From NCBI RefSeq assembly GCF_009914755.1, contig NC_060925.1: a stretch of 64,000 nucleotides of DNA; one strand, given 5' to 3'. The translations under genes and the position numbers were made by a program. The notes under the pieces were generated by a model that searched no databases, had not been told where the DNA came from, and was given only the letters and a program-made list of their open reading frames with translations. Of the stretch, positions 14,921-26,117 are shown piece after piece. The DNA is from the human T2T-CHM13v2.0 reference genome, Homo sapiens. Positions within the stretch are counted from its first letter, which is position 1, and each line of letters starts with the position of its first letter.

Positions 14921-15080
14921 CCAGAAGCAGTGGCTCACACCTGTAATCCCAGCACTTTGGAGGATCACTTCAGCCCAGGAGTTCAAGGCTGCAATGGGTT
15001 ATGATGGCATCGCTGCACTCCATCCTGGGTGACAGAGCAAGACCCCATCTCTAAAACTATAAAAAATAAAAAAAAAAAAA
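14921..15080 (+). mobile_element. Monomeric Alu (FRAM-like or internally recombined AluJ)
   Basis: Left-arm start (gtggctcacacctgtaatcccagcactttgg) joined to an AluJ right-arm end and poly-A; degenerate TSD aagctactagtgtc / aaactactactgtc. Confidence 0.88.
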
Positions 15081-15450
15081 ACTACTACTGTCCTTTTTGA
15101 GCTAATTTTTAGTTTTTAGACAATGAAATCATATTTTTCTCTCTGCTTTATTAAATCTGTAAAATATAAGATACATATGCGTATGTTCCATTCCTTTCTG
15201 TGGCTGGTATAAACTTTAAATTATCAGTCAAGGGCACTGGGCACTCGCATGCACACACACCCCCCTCGCAGATAAAGATATGGAAAGGTCAGCAATACAT
15301 GAATTCATTATGGTGTTTTGTTACATCTGAAAACACCTTTAGCCGAGACAAATGGAAATGGAATATGGTTTACTACCCCCACATTTAAGGCATCCTGGAG
15401 CTAAGGGTATGGTATTTCAACCTAGCTACATAAACATTTTTAATACTTAC

Positions 15451-15485
15451 CAGGGTTGGCAAGAATAATCTACTGGTTTGGGCAC
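15451..15485 (-). CDS. VAV3: VAV3 coding exon (~exon 22), 35 nt, SH3-SH2 linker
   Basis: Acceptor TTTTTTATATCCTAG|GTG and donor CTG|GTAAGT. Encodes VPKPVDYSCQP(W); phase 0 to 2. Confidence 0.96.
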
Positions 15486-15759
15486 CTAGGATATAAAAAA
15501 GCAAAAACAGATTAAGTTTACATAAGGGAAGCTTTTAGAAATCAATCATTAATTCAGTTCAGCTGACTCAGCTCTATAAAACCCTAAGTGGCACAGTCCT
15601 GGAACTATCCATTGGTAATTTTATACAGAGTGAATCATAGTATCTGTCAGATAAGTAGAAAATAATTCATTTCACTTTAATTCATTCTTTCATTCATTTT
15701 ACTGCCACTGTAACTCTAAGAGGAGAGATAGCAGGCGAATATGAACTGGAAACTTTTAA

Positions 15760-16046
15760 TATTTATTATCAAGGCAATTTAATCCTACCAAAGAAAACTA
15801 AAGTGAAAACGTTATTAAGAAAACCGAATAGCACTTTACTTTTCCAAGACCTTGGAAAAACATGCAAAATAAAAAATATACACTGGATGTGGGTATTTAA
15901 TATTTTTAATATTTTATTATTTATTATCAAGGCAATTTAATCTTATCAAAGAAAATTAAAGTGAAAACATTATTAAGAAAACCAAATAGCTCTTTACTTT
16001 TCCAAGACATTGGGAAAACATGCAAAATAAACAATATACACTGGAT
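15760..16046. repeat. Local direct duplication, 2 x 129 bp (15760-15888 and 15918-16046)
   Basis: Ungapped manual alignment shows 9 mismatches in 129 bp, with a 29-bp spacer. Confidence 0.95.
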
Positions 16047-16552
16047 ATAGACTCTTATTTTGTAATAAATTCCAAATTCTGATTTAAAAATCTACCAACT
16101 AAGAACCTTTTATTCAGAAAAAAGGCATGGAAAATACTTATTTTTCCATTTGTTTCACATAGAGCTTCGCACAAGGAAAAATATTGCATTTGCTATTCAA
16201 ACAAAGAAAGAAAACTTGTAGCTGCTAATGGTCAAATAGAAAATGAACAAAGACAAAGCAGGTATATTAATGTTAAAAATAAGAAATAAAGTACAGTCTA
16301 TAGAGAGGGTTACTTTAAAAATTCCTACGAATAGGAGTACAGATAGTTTGTCTCATGTCCAAATATCTGATATATGCATTCCATGCTATTAATGGGATTT
16401 TTATATTTGGTGATTGAAAATACTGTTCCCTCATTTGGAACAGTAAAAACTATAGTATTTCAGAGAACTAGCCAATGTGAACATGTCTCTAGCCATGCTG
16501 GTCTTCATAATGTGCTGTTACTATTTTGCCCTTCCAGGTTAAGAGTTATCTA

Positions 16553-16777
16553 CAGGTTGAGCATCCCTTATCTGCAATCCTTGGGACTAGAGATGTTTCA
16601 CATTTTGGATTTAAAAAAATTAGAATATTTGAATTACATTCCACATCCCTAATCCAAAAATCTAAAATCGTATGTGCTCCAATGAGCATTTCCTTTGAGC
16701 GTCATGTCAGTGCTTAAAAAGTTTGGACTTTAGAGCATTTCAGATGTCAGATTTTCAAATGAGGAATACTCAAACTG
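16553..16777. mobile_element. Tigger4a/MER46A-type MITE
   Basis: TA|caggttgagcatcccttatc...gaggaatactcaaactg|TA. Confidence 0.9.
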
Positions 16778-17649
16778 TATCAAAAATCATCTTTCTAGTC
16801 AGAACATTTCTTTGATTATTAATATTCAAATATTTTTATCCTATGGATTACATTTTTAAAATCACAACTTTGTAAAATCCTAATAAACAGCAATTAATGT
16901 TGAAGGTAAATTATACCCATTCTAATCATTCAAATAGTTTCTTACATAACTTTGCTTTCACAAATAAACTGATCTTCAATAGTTCACCCTTTGATGACAA
17001 GATATACATGGCTTCTGAAATGTGATGCGAAAAATATTTCCTCTTTCCCTCTCCCTGTGTTCTTTAAAAGTATAATGTATATATTTATTCTTAAACCAAG
17101 CTTTCCATAGAGAACCAAAAAAAAAAAAACAAACAAACAAACAAAAAAAAGGAGACAGGAAGGAGGAGAGTAAAGAATTTCAAAATATTCTGGCTGTGGA
17201 CTCCTTTGGCTGTTAAAAAGGCTGGAGATCCAAAAAAGGAAACAGTGAAAGAAGATTCTAAAACAGAACAGGTAACTGAGGCTGTTCCACCCTGGTGTCC
17301 CACTAGAGCTTTTCTCTCTTCAGTGGGTGCATTCTGACATGTGAAGATCCAGGACTACCTTCCCAGCCATGATCCATATTACTCAGGTGGGGTCCTATCC
17401 TTTTCCATCAGTCATAGGCCCTCTGCACTTTCTTCTGTGTACTATGGGTCCTTGTCTGGCAAGTACTTCATATTTAAGATTACAGTTAATTTCCTTTTGG
17501 GAACTTTTTCATCTTTGAGTATATGGTTACTATTTTTCTCTAATGCCATTTTCTCCCAGCACCATAGTCCATTAACACTGCAAAACTTCTGCTATGAACA
17601 TGTAGTTTTTAAAAAACATTTTATTGAGAATATAGTATCCGTACAAAAT

Positions 17650-17732
17650 TATATATATATATACACACACACACATACATACAGAAATATTTATATGGGT
17701 CTATATATATATATATATAAATAAATATATAT
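17650..17732. repeat. Compound (TA)n/(CA)n microsatellite
   Basis: Read directly. Confidence 0.9.
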
Positions 17733-17859
17733 GTGTCTATTTATGTGTGCTTCTTCCTGAAGTATACCTTATGAAGCTAGATGGCACACTTAGAAGTGAA
17801 GTTTGTGTTTGTTTGAATAAACTATCACGATTTCATCCTTTTTTTGAGAAATTTCTAAG

Positions 17860-19790
17860 AGGATAGTAATTTTCTCTCACAACTTTTAACATATTCTTAT
17901 TGTTTCAGATATTAATTCAGACATTGTAGTTTCACACTGTACAATCTCTACTTGGTTCTTTTGTAGTTCCTATTTCTCTTTTGAGGTTTTCTGTTCATTC
18001 ATTATGAACATGTTTTCCTTTGTGTCCTTGAGCACCATGATAACAGCTGCTTTTAAAATCTTTTCCTAAGTCATCAAACAGGAAATCACAGGGTTGATCT
18101 CCCTTCATTCTCTTTTCTGTTAAGTATGGTTCACATTTTCCTGCTCCTTTGCATACTGAGTAATTTTATATTGTATCTTGGACAATTTGAATGAATGATA
18201 AACTGTAGAGGCTCTGTATTTTCTTATGTTCCAAAAAAGAACCTGGCTTTCCTTAAAGTTTATACACAGAATTTGAGGTTTCCTCTCTCTGACTCTTTTT
18301 AAGACTTCCTACCTCCTTTTCCAGCTGCTGAGACTGCTTTAAACTCACTCCATAATCTGGTTCTTTAAGCCAGAAATACCATAAGGTTTCTATCTGAATT
18401 TTAGCTACCCTGCATGGTACAATCCAGTGCCTGCCTTTGAGCTAGCCATAAAACAAAGAAACTCATCCTAGTGCCATTCCTTTTTCCAAGTGTCAATCTT
18501 CTCCTGGGCAGTGCCTTCAGATAGTTTTGTTTTGATATTTTGTCCACAAGTTATAGTTATGTGTGGGAGTATTGGTCCAATAGGAGCTATTCAACAGTTA
18601 CCAGAAGTGGAAACTCTTGTTGCTTCTATTATTTCTGTTGTTAGCTGGGTCTAATAATCAACCTTTTATAGATAATCTGTCTTTTCTCTCAGTTTTAATA
18701 TTTGTCTTTAATGTCTTCTGGTTTCATTACAATGCATCCAGGTGTTGATTAATTTTAATATATGCTTCTTGACTCTGAAGATTAGTTTTATTATAGAATC
18801 TGGAAAGTTCTCAGGCATTGTTTATTTGAATATTGCTTTTCTACAATTATCTCTATTCTCTCCTTCTATTAAATGTATTTGTATCTCATCACTCCATTTT
18901 CTGTTTTATTTTTAACTTCTTAATCTCTCTTAACTGCTCTTTGAGCAATTTCTTCAGATTTCTCCTCAATTTCCTACACAACTGTGTCTGATATGCCATG
19001 TAATATGTCCATTAAGGCTTTTATTTCAATTACTATACCTGAATCATTTTCATATATACCCAATTAGTGTCTTCCTTTCCTCTTAGATTTTTGTTCCCTT
19101 TAATTTCTTAAACCATGTTAAGTATAAAATTTTGAATTTAGTATCTAAAATTCAAATATCTGCTATATTTGTGGATTTAATTATATATTTTATTGTTTCT
19201 GCTGATCTTGGCATAAGGTGGTTTGTTTCTGGATTGATTTAATGATTTCAAATTGTGAGTGTATGTTGCCTAGGACTTTATGTTAAAAATCCTTTGAGGA
19301 ATGTGTGCAAAGAGGCTCCAATCCAGACAGCATTTGAATTTTCATTGGGAGAATAATCAATGTGGAATAATTTTTTTAATTTTTATTTTTTATTTGAGAC
19401 GGAGTCTCGCTCTGTCACCCAGACTGGAGTGCAGTGGAATAATCTGGAATAATTTTAAACTACACTTCTAGCTTAGAATTATTTAGGTAGTAGAGCTGGT
19501 ATGAATTCCAGCCCTTCATCTGGATGGTTTTGGATTTAAGATTAGAAATTCTCAGGGGATACTGCTTTCCTTTTTTCTTTCCAATCCTGAACCAATACCA
19601 AAGTAGGCATATCATCATCAGTGGGATGGGTTTTCTCCTAGTTCATCCACCAAGAGCTCCTGGAATCGGGGATATACCCAAGTTTGCATTGTGCTGCAGT
19701 TCCAGGCTTTGTCTCTAGTTGCCATATTGCTAGAAATGAAGTTGACCCATTTATGAACTGCCTGTGTTTTCCTCAGTTCTTGGTTTCTAC
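17860..19790 (-). mobile_element. Old L1 (L1M) fragments, approximate bounds
   Basis: Antisense L1M-like tracts (ctctacttggttcttttgtagttcctatttctct; tctggaaagttctcaggcattgtttatttgaatattgc). Confidence 0.55.
19371..19437 (-). mobile_element. Severely 5'-truncated Alu (~42 nt of body plus tail)
   Basis: T-rich tail then gagacggagtctcgctctgtcacccagactggagtgcagtgg; flanked by gaataatc(aatg)tggaataatttt on both sides. Confidence 0.9.
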
Positions 19791-20645
19791 CTGCCTATAT
19801 CAGAATTTTTGAGGAGATGGATGTAGCAAATGCAGGAAAATAAATTTTAAGCCCAGAATAGAACATTCAGCACTACTCATGGACCCCGATAAACAATATA
19901 TCCCAGAATCAAAAGCAATACCATTTTCTAAACTCCCTCAAACTATCCCCTCCTCTTCAAATTCCCCTCTATTTATCTTCACTTAACTTGCCCTATAATT
20001 AAAAAAAAAATCTATAATTTCATTAAGCAGTAAAATTTAAAGTAGCTACTAATATAAAACAACCATATTTAGTAGTCTTGCTTACAATTATAAGTTACTC
20101 TACTTCTCTGTCATCTTAAAATTTCTGAACATATTTCTCCTTCTAGCCACTTCTTGGGTCAGCAAATATCATTCAATATGATTCTACAGGCTGATTTAAT
20201 TAGTATCTACCATTGCTAATGTTCTATATACAGCTAGGGACTTGCATTTGCTTTTTCACTCCTTTGTTCATTCATTCAACAGTAATTTATTAAATGCCTA
20301 CTTTGTGCGAGACTATCCCTAAAACAAAACTTCAAGTGCTCATTTTTATGCCTTATTCAAGAGGATGTAAACAGAAAACAGTACATGGTACATTCAATGC
20401 TTAATATTCTTGATTTGATGTCTTTAGGTTCCCAAACTTCTTAATGTTAGAATGTATAATATCCTGCCACCTGCCTACAGATATACATCACTACTTTACA
20501 GATAGGAAGCCTGAATCTTGTTCATACAAAGTCCAAAAACTAGATAGAGAATCATTTTAGCTTATCTAATTAAATAAGAGTGGTATCAAACTTCAATAAT
20601 CTTTCAAGACTGTAATGTAATATAAGACAAAAAATATGTAACATT

Positions 20646-22120
20646 ATAGACCAATGAAACAGAATAAAGAGCCCAGAAATAATGCCACACACCTAACCAT
20701 CTGATCTTTGACAAAGCTGACAAAAACAGGCAATGGGGATAAGATTCCCTGTTCAGTAAAGGGGAGAAACAAGATTATGTCCTTTGCAGCAACATGGATG
20801 GAGCTGCAGGCCATTATCATACGTGAATTAACACAGGAAAGGAAAAGCAAATAACACGTTCTCACTTGTAAGTGGCAGCTAAACATTTGATAAATGGTGC
20901 TGGGATAACTGGCTAGCCATATGCAGGACTGAAGGTGAACCCCTTCCTTATATGATATACAAAAATCAGCTCGAGATGGATTGAAGACAAATGTAAATCC
21001 TAAAGCTATAAAACCCCTGAAGGATAACCTAGGAAATACCATTCTTGACATAGGACCCAGCAAAGATTTAATGACTAAGATGCCAAAAGCAACTGCAACA
21101 AAACAAAAATTGACAAATGGGACCTAATTAAACTAAAGGGCTTCTGCACAGCAAAAGAAACTATCAAGAGAGTAAACAGGCAACATAGAGAATGGGAGAC
21201 AATATTTGTAAACTATGCATCTGACAAAGGTCTAATATCCAGCATCTATAAAAAATGTAAATAAATTAACAAGCCAAAAAACAACTCCATTAAAAAGTGG
21301 GCAAATAACATGAACAGACACTTTTGGAAAGAAGACATACATATAATTGGCCAAAAAAAATTTGAAAAAATGCTCAATTTTACTAATCATTAAAGAAATA
21401 CAAATTGAAACCACAATGAGATACCATGTCACATCAGTAAGAATGGCTTTTATTAAAAAGTAAAAAAATAACAGATGCTGACAAGGTTGCAGAGAAAAGG
21501 GAATGCTTATACACTGCTGGTGGGAATGTAAAGTAATTCAGCCTTTGTGGAAAGCAGTGTGACAATTTCTCAAGGAACTTAAAGCAGAATTACCTTTTGA
21601 GCCAGCAATCCCATTACTGGGTATATACCCAAAGAAATATAAATTGTTCTACAAATAAAGGTATGCATGCTTATGTTCATCCCAGCAATATTCACAAACA
21701 TGGAATCAATCTAAATGCCCATATGTTTCAGGATAAAGAAAATATGGTACATATACACCATGGAATACTATACAGCCATAAAAAGAAACAAGATCATGCC
21801 CTTTGCAGCAGCATGGGTGGAGCTGGAGGCCATTATCATGAGTGAACTAACACAGGAACGGAAAAGCAAGTAACACATGTTCTCATTTATAAGTGAAAGT
21901 TAAAATTGAGTATACATGGACATGAGAAGGGAACAACAGATTCCAGGGGCCTCCTTGAGGGTGGAAGGTGGGAGGAGGGTGAGGATCTAAACACTACCTA
22001 TCAGGTACTATGCTTAGAAACTGAGTGACACAATAATCTGTACACCAAACCCCCATGACATGCAATTTACCCAAATAATAAACCTGCACATGTACCCCTA
22101 AACCTAAAATAAAAGTTAAA
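20646..22120 (+). mobile_element. 5'-truncated L1 (old L1PA/L1PB class): ORF2 3' end plus 3' UTR
   Basis: ORF2 motifs (ctgatctttgacaaagctgacaaaaac; gacctaattaaactaaag) and a 3' end ...catgtacccctaaacctaaaataaaagttaaa. Confidence 0.93.
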
Positions 22121-23088
22121 CAAATGTGATATTAGATCACAAAACCAACAGAGTAACAGACGCTTTTCTATTCTCTTTGATTTTGAAAGTAATTAAGCTT
22201 GAATGAGTGGAGTAAATTATCCTATAGGGCACATTCTAGAGCCAAGGATGGCAGATTCTCATGTTTCTAACAGTAAAAAGAATGTCCAGTTTGGAAATTC
22301 AGTAACTACTGAAATATAGCAAGCACGATAGATTAAGGAGAGTTTTTCCCCTTCAGGCAATCATCTCCATCGTATTAGTAAAGAAATTTCATTTACTTTG
22401 GAGTCAATAAATTAAAAAGTTGTGTGGAAAACGTCACCCATAATACCATATTATGATACTAAAATCATGTTACCCTAAACAGAAGTTTATCAGTATCATA
22501 ACACACCAGGGAGTACATTTTAGGTTACATTCACCTGTAATATTAATTGAGGAAATGTTCATTTATTCTCCTTTTATCTGTGTTTTATATTTTCAGAAAA
22601 TTCCATTATGACATTATATAAAAAGTAATGTCACACTAAAGTATAGAAAATATATTTAGACATTTGATTGAAAAATTTGTGGACTTTTCATTTTCTAGCA
22701 AGCTTTCAAAGACATCAGCTGAAGTGTAATATCGCCCTGTAACCCAAGTGACTGGAGGCAGACCGTACCATTCTCAGTTCAGTGGGAAAGGGGAAACCTG
22801 TACAATGCGTCTAATTTGTAGCTGTGGTTTATTTCTTCTAAAACCTTTTAGACTACTTAGTTATATAAATTCCACTAAGTAAAATTTGCCTCTTCTATAT
22901 ATTTTCTTAATATTAAAAAACATATTCTGACAATAGAACTATAATGATGTTGAAAATAATGATTCTTCCAGAAAATATTAATAAAATTAATAACTGACCT
23001 GGCCAGTATCCTTTGTAGATTTTTGCACAATTAATCACAGGATCAAAAACAAAATGAAGCAAGAGAAAATTAAGATACTAATACTTAC

Positions 23089-23154
23089 ACATGGGCAAGG
23101 CTTGACTGCATCACTTGGAAAAAATCCAACCTCTCCAGATGCTAAATTTCTGCC
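23089..23154 (-). CDS. VAV3: VAV3 coding exon (~exon 21), 66 nt, end of N-terminal SH3
   Basis: Acceptor poly-T CCTTAG|GGC and donor TGT|GTAAGT. Encodes GRNLASGEVGFFPSDAVKPCPC; phase 0 to 0. Confidence 0.97.
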
Positions 23155-23444
23155 CTAAGGAAAAAAAAAAAATGCCAGTGTTGAGAACAAATTTACCACA
23201 AATGATAACCCCATGATGCCCCATACATAGCACTGTTACTTAGGATCCTTAGAATTCCTTATGTGTTATATCCAGTCCTGAGCATTAACTTACTGTGGAT
23301 CAGAAAAGGAAGCAAAAGCAGAGATAGTTTTCTTGGTTGTTCAACTTTACATGTGGTTTCAGGTCATGATCATAAAATAATTCAAGTTTATTTTTCAATC
23401 TACCCTTCAATTTTGTTAGCTTTATATCTCTCAATCCTATAGCA

Positions 23445-23749
23445 CAGTGGACACCAACGTTTTTGGCCCCAGGGATGTGGGGTGAGGTGAGGTGGGTGCT
23501 GGGGGCGTGGCAGGTGGTTTCGGGAGGAAACTGTTCCACCTCAGGCATTAGACTCTCATAAAGGAAGTGCAACCTAGATCCCTCACATGCGCAGTTCACA
23601 GTCAAGTCTGCGCTCCTATGAGAATCTAATGCCGCCACTGATTTGACAGGAGGGGGAACTCAGGTAGTAACGCTTGCTCATTGGCAGCTCACCTCCTGCT
23701 GTGTGGCCCAGTTCCTAACAGGCCACAGTCTGGGGGTTGGGGACACCTA
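23445..23749. mobile_element. MER1B (hAT-Charlie MITE)
   Basis: gaaactgttccacctcaggcattag...cctagatccctcacatgcgcagttcaca...gggggttgggga; degenerate terminal inverted repeats. Confidence 0.9.
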
Positions 23750-24030
23750 CGATAGAGAGATAACAGCAGTTTCTATCTTTCACCTTTATATTCATTGGCA
23801 TAAGCAGATCATATGAATTTTGTGAAGGCATATAATTATGAATTCCATATAAATGGATACTACCGGTCTAAGAGAAGACATGAGAATGTCTTTCTAGCAA
23901 GATGAGATTTCAAGATGTGAAAATAGAAAACAGTGAAATGTAAGTTTTGGATGATTTTCAGATTTAAGAAAAAGAAATAGGATACTTATTAACAGAAGAA
24001 GACCGTAAGATTTTGGAGAATAGGACTCTA

Positions 24031-24070
24031 TTAGGTTGGTGCAAAAGTAATTGTGGTTTTTATCATTAAA
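24031..24070. mobile_element. Half MADE1 (Hsmar1 MITE)
   Basis: TA|ttaggttggtgcaaaagtaattgtggttttt is the Hsmar1 TIR; the second arm is missing. Confidence 0.88.
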
Positions 24071-24084
24071 CTGCAAAAATACTA

Positions 24085-24300
24085 ATACTTATTGAATCCT
24101 TAATATGTGCTAGACACTGCTCTGAGTGTTTTATTTAATCCTTGCTATGATCCTTTATGGTAGGTCCAATTACTATCCCCACATTACAGATGAGGAAAAT
24201 GAGACACAGAGAAAGTAAATAATCTGCCCATGGTCACAGAGCTAACAAGTACAGAGCCATAAATCAAACTCAGATGTTCTAACTTCAGGGCTCTGCACTG
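24085..24300 (-). mobile_element. MIR
   Basis: cccacattacagatgaggaaaatgagacacagagaaagtaaataatctgcccatggtcacagagcta is the MIR core. Confidence 0.85.
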
Positions 24301-25419
24301 CCTCTCTGTACAAGCATAATAGAGACTCATGAAGAAAGACAGTGGGACTTAAATATAAAAAGTAGTTAGGAAACAATTTGACAGTGATAGCTGAATTCTA
24401 TCATTGGTGATGGCATTTCTTTAAAGGTGTTGTATGTTTTAGAAGACTTAAACTTGCACCAATGTGGAATATGGCTCCTAGATGGGTCTCACTTTCGGAG
24501 TTGAGAATATCACAAGGAAACTGATCCCATGGTAAGGAAAGGAATTGGAGGGAGAGAAACACATGCTGAAGACACTATTTAACTAAGTCTGCTGAACTGG
24601 CCAGTGGATTAGATATGGGAAGAGAAGATGATCTGTTTCTGAGTTAAAGACTGGGAAAAGTATGAAGAATGGAGGTAGGAGGTGACTAGAGAATCCATCC
24701 ATACAACACAGACTTAGATGACTTAGAGAGGAATCTGAAAATTGGAGCAAGGCTGCATCACTTGGAAAAAATGTAGAGAGAAGATAGAAGACAGAATTTA
24801 CAGAAACTAGTGAAACAACAAGGCAGAAAGAAACGATCAGGAGAGAGAGGAATCAGAGACCTGGGAGGGATGGTAGCAGTAACTACAAGGTTGGGTGAAC
24901 TGTTTGTTTCATTCAGCTGTGTTTATCAAGTGCTCTATAATGGTTTGTTTTCAGCAGGCAGTGAGATACAAGTAAATAAGTATGGTATTTGGGACTATAC
25001 CACTAGCCAGACCTTTATATATAAACGCACTACAATGCTACCTGAGTGCAAAATATAAAGGAGTGTGGTAGGAACCATACACTGATTAAGCTCAGAAGAG
25101 AAAAGAATAAGAATGCTTTAAAAAACAAACAAGACCTTTGAGAGTACATAAAGGAAATAAGTCTATTTTGCGAGGAAAGGCCAAAGAGAGAGCTCTGTAA
25201 TGGTCTTTCCAAAGTGTATTTGAAGGTGTATCAACAAATTGGAAAATTATGGCTATTATAAATAGTAAACTGTCAACTTCCACTCTTCTTCAGAACAACA
25301 ACAAAAGGCTTTAATCTATAGAATGCAGTGTACAGGAGAATAAGTGATATTTTGTGACAGTGTATGTTGGCCAATGTAATGCTATCTACTTTCTCAGAGC
25401 AAACCTGATGCAGAGCCCC

Positions 25420-25725
25420 TCATGTAAATTGATACCTTCATTCTGTTCCTCCTCCAAAACTCAGTTCACACATTACCTACTCTGTCATCTCTTCCCCAAG
25501 GAGCAGATCCCAGATTGAATCCCATGCACACCTTTCCATACCCTTGGTGATACATGAAGTAGTAGTGCTTTAGTAGTATTCACTCCTAGTAGTATATGTA
25601 ATTATTGTTCAACATGGTCTTCTCTATTAATAGACTGTGAGTTCCTTGGCATAAGGGATAATCTCTCAGTCATTTTTGTATAACAAGATGTCAGACACAG
25701 AGTGGGCCCTTAATAAATGTTTCTA
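25420..25725 (+). mobile_element. L2 3' end, approximate bounds
   Basis: tagactgtgagttccttg...gacacagagtgggcccttaataaatgttt. Confidence 0.65.
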
Positions 25726-25809
25726 AGGGGAGATATAACTCAATCTGATAGTTCCCTGTCAATGAGGAGCATGGCCCTAAATTCCTCTTCATTAAAAAGA
25801 ATAAAATAA

Positions 25810-26117
25810 AGCTATGTGCCACATGATGACATGTCAGTCAATGACTAACTTTATAATGATGGTGCTCCCATAAGATTATAATACCATACTTTTACTGTAC
25901 TTTTTCTATGTTTAGATACACAAATGTTATAACTACCTACAATATTCAGTGCAGTAACATGCGATACAGGTTTGTAGCCTGGCAGCAAGAGGCTATACAC
26001 GTAGCCTAGGTGTGTAGTAGGCTACACTATCTAGGTTTGTATAACTACACTCCATAACATTTACACAATGATGCATTTATTAGTATGTATCACTGTCATT
26101 AAGTAACTCATGACTAT
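25810..26117. mobile_element. Tigger3a/MER7-type MITE
   Basis: gatggtgctcccataagattataatacc...acaggtttgtagcct...tagcctaggtgtgtagtaggcta...ttaagtaactcatgactata. Confidence 0.85.

Noticed and set aside
15760-16046. CRISPR-like or LTR-pair interpretation of the direct repeats
   Set aside because: Only two long copies, no spacer array, no TG...CA ends, and a eukaryotic intronic context.
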